The translations under genes and the position numbers were made by a program. Under the pieces are notes generated by a model. It was given only the letters and a program-made list of their open reading frames with translations. It made no database searches and was not told the origin of the DNA. Below are positions 28,011 through 42,053 of a stretch of DNA of 64,000 nucleotides, piece after piece. Positions within the stretch are counted from its first letter, which is position 1; every line of letters begins with the position of its first letter. Source of the DNA: the human T2T-CHM13v2.0 reference genome, Homo sapiens; assembly GCF_009914755.1 (NCBI RefSeq), contig NC_060935.1; one strand, written 5' to 3'.

Positions 28011-31000
28011 AACTTTTTCAACAATGTAAAAGATAGGATGGAACAGAAAAGTAGTATATGTGAGTATATGAATACTTGAGCTTGGGGATGGTAGTAGAGT
28101 GGTTTCGGGCAGAAGTAGAAATGTAGTTGGATATCCTTGAAAATTTTATCATACATATAGTTGGGTATGTATAGATAATAAAATTGTGATATCTTTATTT
28201 GAGTGCATTATATAAATTAATATTAAAGGTACTTTGTATAAAATATCCTTATTTCTTGAATTGTTAAACCAGCCAATCGGTGTTCTTACTTTAGTTATTA
28301 GCATTCTGTCAGACTTGTATAGTAATGATTAGTTACCCTTTATTGTACTTTTGGCATGCTTCCCATGTTTAATTTCATTGTAGGGGAAAGAACACATAGT
28401 TAAGGAAATTGCAAAGAGAGGGAAAAGTTAAAATAGGGAAAATAATGACATAGATTCAAAACTGATTTTAACTTATTGTTATAATAAGACTTTTGTGAGT
28501 AGAATGAAGAAGACTTATTTTTTAATTTGCATTTGAAATGTTTTATGTTCAGTCCCACAACTTTGAACTTGAAATTTCTTATTTCCTTCAGGTTGAAGAT
28601 TATTTTCTTTAATGCCACAGGAAAAAAATGGCAAGCATACTTTGGAACGAGTATATAAAAATAAATTCTAAATATCTGTTAAGAAAACACGAAAATTGTT
28701 CAACAAATATATTATGAATGTCTTAAGTGTATATGCATATAATCTTAAACAATTTTCCCTTTGAAGTAATATTATTACTCATATTGTCTCTTGATAGAAT
28801 ATAGTTTTAGTATCTGCCCAAAGACATTGAACTAAAAATGTGTGTGAAAATGGCTAAGTTAAGTACAGACTTTGTTACATGCTGAACTGTGGAGTAAAGT
28901 GTCATTAGAAGGAGCAGAACTATGGACGGCTCCCCTATATTCCAGCATTACTCAGTTCCCAGATCCCTGCTGTGTAGTTGTTCCACTCGCCAAGAAGCCT
29001 GTTAAAGAGCCCCCAAGAGCATGTGTACAGCCCTCCATGTTAATAGTTAATTGGTGAGGATGGCAAGATGAGAGGACAGCCGAACATGTGGTCTCTCAGA
29101 CTCAAGCAGTAGACAGACCTTTAGTTATAATAACAGCAGCTGCTCACATTCTCACAACTCAACTGTTCAAAACTCTGTTGTTGAATGAAGGAGGTTGTCG
29201 TGGATTGAAAGAAGAAAAAAAGAAAAGGTTACTTCTAAGAAAAGTAACTAAAACACTATATTTAAACTCTTCCTACATATTATTATAATTATAAGAATAT
29301 TATTGCAACTTTTAAAAACTTTGGTGTAAATACCCATATTAAAGGTTATTATATTTTGGCTACACTCAGCATTGTGCTGCTTGTCCCCCTTTTACTGTTA
29401 GAAACAGAAATGTTTTTGTACCCTTTGAAACTTTTTAATGAGTTATCTTTTTCTTTTGCAAAGTGGTAACTTTAAAGCAGTTACAATAGGATACTGTTTG
29501 ACTTCCATATCTAGCAAGATATGAAACAATAATTTGTTGTTCTGTAAATGGGAATTGGCTTACCACTAGCAAAATTTGTCATCCACCTCCAAATTATGCA
29601 AACATTTTGTGGCTTTTGAAAATAGGTAATTTTATTTTCAATTCCCAGTAACAGTTGTGTGCTTCAAGAAATGGTGACCAATAACACTTATTCTTTTTGG
29701 AAATAGAAACTTAGTTTTGTGCCTTATGATGATTTTATTAGTGAGGTGAAAAGAAAATAAATTTCCCCTTGTTTATGCATTTTTTAGTATAATCTGTGGC
29801 AAGTTGTTTTTGATTTGTATTTTTTAAGGCACTTTTACCTAAAACTGTCAGGAAATAAATATTGAAACACTTAAACTAATTAATAAAATTAGAAATGGAG
29901 AAAGTTGTCTTATACCATTCTCACAGCATTTTTTTCAAAAAGAAAATTTACTTATTATTGCTAATCTTTATTCAAGCTGTCATAGTCTGCACTTTTAAGG
30001 AATTTTAAAATATAAACAACAATAATGCAAGAATGAAAACTCCTTTGACATTCTGGATCATAGAATATGTCAGTATGTTTTTTTCATTGTATAATAATTT
30101 TAAGTATTGCCAGAGTTTAATGTACTTGTCTAGAGAACAGTAGTTGGTAAACTATTTAGCTTTCCTTTATTCAACCAAATTTCAGATTTGAAACTAGCCT
30201 ATAGCATATTTTCATTTGTCATCATTGACACTTGATCAATTAATAGCCTTATTCAATTTTTGTCATATACCCACTGTTTTATAATAATTTGATCTGTAGA
30301 ATTTTTTCCCAGCTATCTCATTGAAGAAAACTATTACCAGCATGTTAGCTTATACCAAGGAAAATTCATTTTCTGATGAAAAGGAGGGAGAAAGGGCCTT
30401 TTTAAAATATGTCTCTTGAAAAATGAATGAGATTTTATTTAGTGTGTTATTTTAATTGATGTGTTTTCAAATTAATCTTCTATAACATTAATGTATTAGA
30501 GCTTTGAACCTACTGAAGTGAATGATACAGTATGTTTCTATGTAGAGAAATTCAGAACAAACCTTTTCACATCCATAAACTTTTTTGTTCATGCTGAGTA
30601 TTTTAGCAGCTAAACTCTAAGTCTAGCAATGGACCGCTTTAGAACTAACCACTAATATGGGATTATGAAATGTGGACTCCAATGGCCTTGTGAATTTCTC
30701 TCAGTGTGAAATCTTTTATTCTTAAAACAAGAACTAAGAATAATTGCATGGTGAAGAAAAATATACTTTTGTGAGTTTACAGCTATAAATTTTGGGAAAA
30801 TATTTTTTATCTAATTGTTGATCTAAGCATAACACCACCTTCAGTCATCTAACTTTATTTCAAATGATCTTTTTAAATGCACTTTATTAAGAAGAATAGT
30901 TAGGGATGAAAATTACAGATTAATCTCTTGATCATAGCTACAGTTACTAAAGGATAAAGCCAGATATTCAGAGTGTCATTTTTTATGAATTCTTTTCTTA

Positions 31001-32429
31001 ATCAGAATATTCTTAACTGAGAATCTGCCTTTAATGTTTTCAGATCTTCTTAACGACTCTGAAATTGATTATAAGAAATTTACGTATTTAAGAGTTTAAA
31101 AAGAAGTAGTTTTTAAAATGAACTAAATTATATTATATCCATTTCAGTTTTACATCATATTTATCAAATTCCAGTGACTTTGTGTCAGTATAGTAAGTTG
31201 TAAACAGAATCTGTTTTTCTTTAAAATAACAAATAGTCTGTGTTTCAGTCCTTCTACCATAGACTTTGGACTTATAATTCTTACAGCTCAAGCTTTTTTT
31301 CTTGTTTCAGACTACACATGCTGATACCCGGTTAATTTTTAAAGTCACATCATAGCTTGTGTGCGTTATACGTATATATTTAATTTACTTTTTTGGACAA
31401 GGATGATTGAAACTTTTTACACAAACTCTAAATTATCTATAAAGTTCTGTCTATATTAAGCATAGTAGTATATGTATAACTTTGTCTTTGTGTAAATATG
31501 CATATTGAATAAGAACAGGATATATTTTAAATCGTCAGTAAGGATATATTTTAAATTGTCATTTTCATCTTTAAAAGAGAAGTACGATTCAGAAACCTCT
31601 CATTACACTTAATCTAATCAAAACATATTCAGTAAACCATAAAAAAAATTTGGTTTAAAATATTTTTCCTTTCTCTAAAATAACTTTGTGATGTTCTTGT
31701 TCATACTGTTATTCATTCTGTAGTTCCTATAATGGTAGTAGTTATTAGCTAAAGGGCTATTTAGGGCCAAACTTTTCAAATGTATCAATGATATAAATAG
31801 TGAAATGTCTCATCACGGTATGGAGATTGAGTCATCTGTTTGGACATATGGAATCTTTGGCTGCTGGACTGCATCATCTTTATAATGCCCAGTGTCCAAG
31901 GATGGACACAACTGTTCTGGGAGCAGAAGGGGGTGTGGGGAGCCCTGTGTGTTCAAGCTACATGAATATGGTAGGAGAAAAAGAGGGGAAATGATCTTTT
32001 ACATTATTTTTATCATAAACTATCTTCTATATCACTTTTTGTGTATAGAAAACAAGTACAACTTTATTTAATTTTTCATTTATTTTACAAATAAAATTAC
32101 TAAATTTTTTTCTTTGGCATTGTAAGATATCTGAAAAATACCTGTGAGAAAACATGAGTTTTGAATTATTCCTATTTATATACTTGGTTACGTACTTTCC
32201 CTTAAAGAAAGATTACCGTCATCAAATGTGAATGATACTTATTTTTTAATGTTGAGACCAAACATGCTTGTAAACAATTACAATTTAAAGCTGTTTAAGT
32301 ACCACGTCAGATATTATGTCCTAGTGTTATGTTTTATCCCTTTCCTATTAATTACATTATTATTGCTATATGAAGAGTTCTTGCTTCTTTAATAATGTTT
32401 TCGCACCCTATGTAGTTAATCTTTAATGT

Positions 32430-32900
32430 TGGGAAGGACAGGGGAGAGATTAAATTAGGCTTGTAACCTCTTTTTCTTCCAGGCTGATGATAGAAAATAA
32501 AAGCTCTTAGCCACAAAATGTAACACTTAGAATTAATATTTAATTAGACTAGCAAATTGTACACTGTGGCTGAAAGCTTCCAAAGAGTTGTTAGTGCCAC
32601 AATTGACCTACAGGTTTAATAATAACTCACTTCTAGAAGCAAGTGCCAGTTCAGCATAGTAGAGCCACTGTAAGAAAGTCCTGAGAGATTAAAATCAGCA
32701 AACCAAATGGCAGGCAAGGATTCCTGGGATGGAGCCTTCTGGAAAGCTGGGAGCTGGAATAGCTTTTAAGCCAGGATTCAGATGAGAACAGTGGGTGAAA
32801 AAGCTGATCCCTCCTGTTCTGGGAGCTTCTGGTTGTAGGCCAAAATCTTAGAACAGATTTTTACTAAATGTTTTTGCTGCAGCTATTAACTTACATTGAA
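32430..32900. promoter_or_regulatory. Candidate PAX6 DRR enhancer block (homeodomain-site rich)
   Basis: Unique sequence with GAGAGATTAAA twice (32444-32454, 32683-32693) and GAATTAATATTTAATTAG. Lies in the known DRR interval; function is inferred. Confidence 0.5.
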
Positions 32901-33488
32901 AATCAAATATTGAATAATTTTTCTGTAAAATTTAGCAAATTTTTTGTGTCAACATTAGTTCTTAATTTCTTACATATTAGTACATAATATCTGTAAACTC
33001 AGATCATTAGATTATCAGATAGGTTTGGCGCTGTACATCTATGCTGTTTTGCTGTGACATGCTGTTTCCTTGTTCCCTGTATAGTTGATTTATATGGTTC
33101 ATTTCTATATTATTTCATTACGGGGCATTATGCAGAGCCTGAGAAAGAGATTGTGAAGTCTGTAGCCCAAGAATTTTTTTTCTTCAAGAAAGTGTATATA
33201 TCAACAAACATAATTCAAAGGCATTCTTAATTTTTAAAGGCCTTATATTATAAAAGCAATGCTATATTTTATGTTTATGATGCACTTAAATTACAAGATA
33301 AATAATTTGACCTCCTGGTGAAACATTGGATCTTTATATTTTTGCCAAATTGATCTGGTGAAAATAAGACACCCTGAGTTTGAAAATGCGCAGACTGAAA
33401 GGGGGGCACCTTACATAATTTATTGATAGTATCTTAAATAATTAAAGAAAAGCTAGTCATTTGTTCAAAATTCAAGCAGGTGAGGACC

Positions 33489-33507
33489 TTGCCAGCAGAG
33501 GGAGTAG
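33489..33507 (+). promoter_or_regulatory. CTCF motif, forward orientation
   Basis: TTGCCAGCAGAGGGAGTAG versus consensus CCASYAGRKGGCRS; sits in a locally GC-richer patch. Confidence 0.65.
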
Positions 33508-35679
33508 TTCTGTCTTCCGTCAGGTTCCCATCATTTTCCCACCTGCCTCAGCCTTTTTCCCAGCCAGTCTCCCATCTGGACCTGGCTCTTGTCAACCTGC
33601 TCCTGATGACAGGCTATAATTTTATACTCAATATGGGATTATTCTAAGCTGATTTTAAACTTTAGTATCTTTAACCTGCTACTGCATCACAAACATCAGC
33701 TGGATGCTCTGTTTGATATTTGGATATTAGCAATTGTTTTTCAAGGCAGGGCGTGAGCTTTTGGACATCTGTGAATTGCATTTTAGGGTTTCAAGTATCA
33801 AAGTACTAAAAAAAGATTTCTGATTTAGGAAGTTTCCCATAAAACATTTTTAATCATGAAAGACAAATTTTTCTGTGGGTAGATTTCTTAATATGAAACT
33901 AGATGTATAGTTAAGAAAAATGCCTACAATTAATTTTGAATATTATACCATTATTCTGTCCAGCCTATTCATTTCAGTATTTTGTTCATCCCATTTCTGA
34001 CTTTTCAGAATATGTAAGTTTTTGTAATGTTTTATAGAATAACTTACTGAAAAAGAAACAAAACTAATATAAATAAATGTTCTGCAAAGTATGTTTATTT
34101 GAATATTTGAAGCCAGTGTAAATATAATATAAACAATATTTCTGAAAGTAAAACAATGTGTTCTTAAAAAAAGTCTCAATTATAAAGAACCAATATTTTC
34201 ATATCAAAATTTAGAATATTGAGTATTTGACCATGTAGAAAACACAAAAAGTTGTGGCTCCATTGCCTATTCCTAGTAAAATTTGATATCTTAGCAGTTT
34301 TTTTCACCATCAAGGTTAGGAATATTTGCCATTAGCCCCTTTGTGGATACGTTTTGAGCTTTAGGATAAAGAACCAAAATATGTTTGTTTTACAGTTTTC
34401 CTATGTGAATATTACTATATGATGCTAGGCAGATAATGTTACATTTAGAATTTTTTTAATTTACAGAAGTTCCTCTGTATTCTAAAATTAACCATGACTT
34501 GAAGTTCCGTGTTAAATCTGGAAAGATTTAATCTAATACCGTCATCAGTTTATTACAAATATTCTAAATTTCATGATTATGAACAGAATTATTTTCCCAC
34601 TATCAAATATTTTTTAATAAAATAAAAATCTAATCCACAGAAGCAAGTGACAACTCTGGAGGAAGTGGGACAAGTTTGTAAAAAGTTAAAAATGTAGTAT
34701 AAATAACTTTTTATTATTTCACAGTCTTGATTACTGTAGAATGGAAAACCTAATAAGCATGGAAAAATAAATGTCTTATTAAATATCCCCATATTTATCC
34801 TTGGATCCAAGCTTATTTTTTGGATTACAGAACAAAGAAAGGTCTTAAGTTCTCCTATATTCATGTTCTCTGCATATCATTTTTCAGAAAATGTTATAAA
34901 TTGAACTGTTGATTATGACATACTTGCTTTTCTTGTGGGTACTCCCCTCCCCGCTCTCTCCCAACACACAACCACTACATCATGTATTATGGTCAAACGT
35001 AAAGTAACTTAAATATTTATCTAAGTCTTCAAAATTAACTTAATAGTGCTTTCGGGCTATTATAGCCCCAAATCTGTTATTTGTGCCATACTCAAATGAG
35101 AGCTCTTCCTTTCATATTATTTTTCCTATCTTTCTTAAATAGTATAGAGTAACTCAGGAACTTGCTCTTACTTGAGGCTTTGCATAAATGCTTTATGTTG
35201 ATTGATTTACCCCTTTCAAGCTTCTTGATAATTAAGTTATTGGTTAATTACTTCTTAATCCTCTTACTAAAATTTTTTCTGGAAATATATTTTGTGTTCG
35301 TACAAATTGCATCTTTTATACTGTTGAGATAATTAGTTTTGGGAAAATAAGGAAATATTGAGGGTTTAAGGTATTCTGATTGTTACTTGGTAACTCTAAG
35401 TAGATATCTGAACCATTTTTATTAGAAAATTGTAGGAGCTTTAAATGGCAGTGATTAAATTTTTATCTCTTAACAAAATTCATAGTTTTGACTTTAAGAA
35501 CTTTGATCTGAAAGGGAGCATTAAATTAATCTTCCTTAATTTAAAATCCATTTAACAGATTTGTTTTACCCTAATAAAAAATGTATTACCATTGTATAAT
35601 GGCAAACAGGAAACACTCTATGAAACCAAACAGAGAACAGTCAAAACAAATACTCTGAAGGTTTTTTTTTGAAATTAAA

Positions 35680-36200
35680 ATTGAAATACAAAGGTAGAAG
35701 ACTGGACAATCTGATTTGCTTTGCTTATTTGCAACACCATTTGACATATTTTAAATTTAAATGATTAATTAAATTATGTTGCAACAGAAAACTTTAAGAG
35801 CCCTTTATGTAACTTAATACAATGCTATTTGAGATTGCCAGCAAACTCTTAAAACTCCTGGACACTGGCTTTCCTCTCTTCTGGCTTCCCTCCTAGTCAT
35901 GTCTTGGCTACTATCCAGAGCTGACAACTCTCACCCAGGAGCGCAGGGAGATTTGTCTAGGATAAGAAGGATTTTTGAGCCATCCTACATTTTAATATCC
36001 AGATGGGCAAGGAGGAGGGGTGGCAATATCATTGTACATACTTGGGTGATGTCATTATAACATACATACACCATAAGCATTAATTTACCCAGATTGGTGA
36101 ATTCTGAATGTCCTTACTGAAATGTTCCGTACTGGAAACGATATTGTAACAACTTGAAAATTAATGCAAAGATTATGTTCAAATTTAAGTAATTGACGTA
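35680..36200. promoter_or_regulatory. Candidate DRR enhancer block
   Basis: GATTAATTAAAT, GTTGCAAC palindrome, CAGATG E-box (36000-36005), SOX CATTGT and GCATTAATTT in non-repeat sequence. Confidence 0.4.
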
Positions 36201-39200
36201 CAAATGCCTCTACTTCTCCATTTCTATCTATTAATATATACTGAAGACCAAAGGGGTTTTACATCTTGGTGAATAACATAAAAACACTTGGAATCTGTTA
36301 AAATGAGAATATGGATGTTCCAGTTTCAAGGCCTCTGCTCAGATCATTATGCTAAAGCTTTCTGAACACTGCTGGTTATATTATGACAATTTATTATCCA
36401 TAGTGTATTCCTGCTAAAGTGAATTGTGATTATTATGCTTTTATGGGTTTTTTAAGCTGTTAATTTTATATTCTTCTAAGTAAATTCACCTTCTTTTATC
36501 TAAAAGACCATTTAGTATTAATATTATTATTTGAAAGACTTTTTGACAAGAATGATTTTAAGGTAAGATTACATCAATAGACCATATTCCTTATGAAGCT
36601 TGGAGGTGCAGAAGTAATCTATAACAATTTTTTTAACTTTTTAAAACACATACGTTTATAAGCCCAAATATCTTTTATGCTCCTACACATAACTAGAAGG
36701 TTGAATAAGTTTATAGTAAAAATAAACATTTTCTCAGTCAGAAACTTAGATGTTATTCTTATGTAATTTCCATTGCTTTTTATTCTATAAATGTTTTTCA
36801 GATATCCCTACAACTTTCACAATTAATCTGGTCTGCCACATTATACAAATAATTTTGCAAAATAAATGTGCAGAAAGCAGTAAGATCACTGTGAAACTAT
36901 ATAACTAATTTTATGGTAATAGTATGATGAAAAATTATTCTTGTACTAATACTTTATGGAAGTTTTTTCAATAGACTCTTGTTTATAGTTAATGACTATG
37001 ATGCAAACCTGTGAAACTTAGAAATATAATAAATGAAATACATGAATGAGTTTCTGGAAAATTGTGAAATCTAGGCTGTGCATATTTTTCAGTTAGAATT
37101 CACTAGTTTTCCCCTTCGAAGTGGATAACTGATTTTTTTAAATCTCCCACAAACTACCTTTAAAAGACTTATAAAGTTGATAAACATTATAGGATGTAAA
37201 ATGGTTTATTAGTAAATGTTAAGATTAAATGAAAGAAGTAAATCCTCTTTGAAATAAGCAAATGTCAGGTTGACCATTTAAATACACAGTACTTTGCTTA
37301 TGTACTATCAGAATGGAAATTTATCTCATCTTTAAACCTTGCAATTTCTGTTATTCATATAATTGAGAAAGTCCTAGTTTATATCACTGAAATCTTGAAT
37401 AGATGAGTTCTAACAAAAATTGACTTGTATCATTTTAGTTTCAGATATTTAGATAAAAAGGCTTAGTCTTTTATTTATAGATAAAAGGAAATCTGACCTT
37501 TTGATTAAGAAATATTGTCAGTAGCCTTTATAAATGCTTGTTCATCTGAGGGTCCATGACAGGAGTACTCTTCCCAGTTGAGTTTATCCTAAAAATGAAA
37601 TGATAAGAGCCTGCTGGTTATTATCCATGATTCTTCTTAATGGGGGAGCCACATGGTTATTCTTCATCTCCCACTTGTTCTCACCCTTTACTACCAACCC
37701 AGCCACACCCCACCCCCACCCCAACATTGTTCAGTACTCAGCACAATGAATCATTTTCAAGTTGACTCATTGTGAACTGTATCCCAGCTGTTGGAATGTC
37801 TGGCAGACATTTTTGTTTGGGTGAAGAATAACTGGCTGAAACCCAACCTGGATGAGTTTGATATAATGGTCTTTGGCTAAAGAAATATTGAGAGGAACAT
37901 GTTTATGGCCTCTGAAGCCCCTGTTATTCCTGGAGTAGGACCATCCCCTGTGGCACAGAACTGAAAGTAAGGAATCAATCTGGATTATTTTCTCACCATT
38001 GAATGAAAAATTGCCTTAGAAAAAATAGGCATTTCCAAACTATGTTTTTCTATACTTAGTGTGCCCACGTGATTGAACATATTAAAGACAATTAAGAATA
38101 ATTATTTTTACTGATTCTTTTTAACAACACTGATCCAAAGGCTGAAACATTCCTTGTATAATGCTGAAACATTCTTTATATAACACACATTCCAACTTAT
38201 GAAGGAGTTTCAAATACTGCTCTAGGTGTGAGTTAACCAGTCATTTCAACAGAATGTTTGGTGACACAGGCTACTATGTGTTTCATAATACCAAGTCAGG
38301 TAACATTGACCAGCCCTCTTTAATTTTTCATTCTTAGGCCATCTTTATAAAGGGACTTAAGAAACAAGAATATTAGTAAGCTCAGTTGTAATCATGTTCC
38401 CAGAAAATGAAAATCTTTTATTATATTTGACCTCTTTCTAACAGGGGATATAGCAGGCTGATAAATTTTCTTGACTGTTTTATATTTCCCATTCTCTTCT
38501 TCAAAGATTAGTTTTAAACTGGTGGGCATTACCATTGTATAAAATGAGAGTTTCAAAATTGCAAAATTTTACAAAAAACATTTTCAGCTTATCTAGATCT
38601 GCCAAGCAAAAAATTGTCTAAGACATCATAGCATATAATCACAGTTTTCTAATCTACCACCCTGTCAGGGGCTAAAAGGAATACTAGATTTCCAGTAATT
38701 AAAGAATTAAAAAAAAAAACCCTACCAGATATTTGATGATTATATTCTTATAGCCAGGAGATTCTTAGTATTTTAGAACTTTTGCTACTTAATAACTGGA
38801 CATACTATGTTTATAAACATATTAACCTATTGTTTTGATCTGGCAAAATGTGACATTTATTAAAATGTATTTAGCAGTATTTCAGTTCATCTCAGATTGT
38901 GTCGAGAAATAAAGGATAGGCTACTGGTCTAAATGTTAGTCATCTACCATCTTTTCTTTCCCTTTATTATTATCCCAGAGCCAAATGGCAGCATCTGGAA
39001 AGAGAAAACAGAAGACTTCATAGCTAGCCATGTTGCAGTCTCTTAGCTGGTCCTTTCCATGTTTCTAATATGTCACAGAGGACCTCAGCTGTTATAGGGC
39101 TGGGACCTTGTCCCAGCTGACAGACGACAGTGGGACTCTTGCCCTATACTTTATGCTGTACCATCTACTGCTTCTGAATCCTGCTGTCTGACAGGTTTTC

Positions 39201-39572
39201 CAATGGGCATTGGATGAAGTAATTTGAAAAATAATCATGTATGAGAATAAAGGTAGTCTTGTTCCTTAATACAAGTGAAAAATAATCAATTTATGTTCTC
39301 TATCAGAACTAATAAATTTATGTCTTCTACCAATTTATGTTTTCCCTTCAGTTCTTCAAATTAGAATAGCATGACTACATGGGCCAGCATTTTCAATTAA
39401 GGGCATATTTCCATCCAGTTTTCAGCCTATAGTAGCTTTAACTTTTAAGTTATTTCACTGTTGATAGTCTATCTCCACTACAGTTTTTCATGAGATGGCA
39501 TAGGGATATTTTATAGATATTATACTATTAACATAATATTTAACGTTACTGTTTTGTTTCCATGTTTTGCAG

Positions 39573-39681
39573 AATAAAGCCATTATTGCCCGTGTCACAA
39601 CCTTGTCAGATGTAGTAGTTGGTCTGGAATCATTTATTGGTTCTGAGAGAGAAACTAACCCATTGTATAAGGATTATCATG
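39573..39681 (+). CDS. ELP4: ELP4 coding exon (recalled exon 8), 109 nt: [36 protein letters not shown](G)
   Basis: Acceptor ttttgcAG, donor ATG|GTAAGT. In frame with the preceding exon. Confidence 0.97.
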
Positions 39682-41946
39682 GTAAGTACAACCTTCATAA
39701 TGAGAAGAGCAGGAGCAGGCTGCTTCTAGGTTACCTGGAAGCATCCTATTCAATCCAAATATCTACTGTCAAGGAGTATGAATTTTATAATACACCTGTT
39801 AAATATTTTCCATTCCTGTCCAGTCTTCCATGGCAGCTTATTACCCAACTACATTAAGACTATAGACTATAATAACTGAAAGGAGTCAAACCCAAGTACT
39901 GAGGCATGGCTGAGTCAGGTGTATATTTTGTCATCCTAGTGGCTTAAGGTAGCCATGTAATCAGTCATACTTACTAGCCATGTTTGAAATAAATATCGTA
40001 TTAATTCTAATAATGACAGTTTTCTATAGCAGTTTATACTTTACAAAGCCTAGCCATATGATAAGATACATACTGGATTATATTTACAGATTCCTAGTCA
40101 GTTACATTTTCAGAAAGAGAAGATCTTTGATTATGTTTGAACTTTTCTCTGTTTACTCATTTTCTTGTTAGTATGAGTTATGAACAAATTATAAAATATT
40201 GCCACCTTGATATAAACACAGCAGAATTCATCAGACTTTTACTTATTTTTTTTTTTTACTTTTAGTAATATTGTAGTCATTTGGTTAATTTGGGGATTCT
40301 TTTTAATAAAGAGTCTTATGTAGAACTATATGAATAGTAAAAGTGTAGTATTTAGGTCTTAGTAATATAGGTCTAAAACAAATATAGAATGTAGTGAATA
40401 ACAGATTTTTACCTATTATTCTTAGTATAAATAAATTATTGCTACCATTGTTATGGAACTACCATACTTCTGTGGAAACCTCTAAAGACTGAGTAGCTTA
40501 TTTGAAGCCTGCTACCAGATTTTATAAGACAAGTATTATGAGCTTATGCATTTTGTAAAATATTTTATATTCTAAAAAATATTATTTTGATTAAAATATT
40601 GCAAAGGTTGAAAGGCTATGATTCTTTGTGCTAAAATCTCTGAATTGATAAATTATTTTCCACCGAGTAAAGAGTGGTTCTAATGACTAGTATGCTTTCT
40701 GTTAATAAGGAGGACCTGATGATGAAATTATTAATTTATTCTATAAGGCCTCTTGATAGCTAAGCAAGCACATTCAAGGTTAAAATAAGAAACGTACAAA
40801 TAAAAGTATGGTGTGCTTATTTCTAATAAATATATTTTACTAAATAGTATGTATGAGATAGTCTTAATTTGTAGCCAAAAGCTGTCTTCTTGAAACACCT
40901 TTTAAATTTTTTTAAGTTTGAAAAATTTTCAGGTATTTTAGTTAATTATTTTTGAAGAGGCCATTTCTAAAGCTAAGTACCTTTAAAGGTTTAAGCTAAG
41001 ACTAATAGATGCATTATTAAGCATTTAAACACACATACAAAACCTTGTACTAGAGAAGCAGTTCTGTAAGTAAGATTTGTCTCTTTGTTCAAATCTGTAA
41101 TTTGCCTTTCCTCCCCATGTTTTGGATCAGTGTCCTCGGGATGGCGATTTTTAAATATAAGCTGAGTCAGGCAGAAAGATGTAGTGAAGAACCTTCCATG
41201 TCTTCATCTGTGGGAAATGACCCCTAGTTTAGTCAGAAACTACATTAGGCTGCACAAAAGCTATCCAGTGCCCTTGTCAGAAAAAATTAGCAAGTGTTTC
41301 TACTGACAAGAGGCCAAAGCTCATGGTTTACCTAGCACTGTTGCAAAGCTTATAGCAGCTACATAAAGGTCTAACATGCCATAGAAATGAGTGTCTTGGG
41401 ATGGCATAGGGGTTAATGTTTGGTCCTAGAGTGTACTTTGAAATGTAGTTTTCTTCAATGGTTTGTTCAAGTCATTAATAAGGTACAAAATGAAATATTT
41501 TTCATGAGTGCTTCACTGGTTATCAGTAACCCATAAGCCTTGTTTTGCCGGCTGCTTAGTGGTGCATTTAATAAAATAAAGATCACTCAGTGGTGCCGTG
41601 GGCAGCATGCAAGGTGATAGCCATATTTGCTTACTGTAAATACAAGAGAAAATCACACACAAACCGGCTGTAGTTTTGACAAGTATTAAGATCCCTCTTT
41701 ACATCTGTACTTCTGTACCAAAGTGCAATTAGTTTTCCTCGCACAAGGATTTCTGTTTATCTTATTCTGCTTGATTACTTGAGTATAATCACACCATTTG
41801 CTTCATTGCTCCTGGTAGTAAGCTCCAGTTTTAAAAGGGGAGGATGCTTGTGTGTAAATTTACAGGATTCTGCTATAAGACTGTTTAATTTATGCATCTG
41901 ATGACAATGTTTTAAATTTTTTTTCTTTTAATTTCTTTTCCACAAG

Positions 41947-42053
41947 GATTGATTCATATACGGCAGATTCCTCGGCTTAATAACTTGATCTGTGATGAAT
42001 CAGATGTCAAAGACTTAGCTTTTAAATTAAAAAGGAAGCTATTCACCATTGAG
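41947..42053 (+). CDS. ELP4: ELP4 coding exon (recalled exon 9), 107 nt: (G)[35 protein letters not shown]
   Basis: Long polypyrimidine tract plus AAG acceptor, donor GAG|GTAAGA. Conserved Elp4 C-terminal [13 protein letters not shown] motif. Confidence 0.97.
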
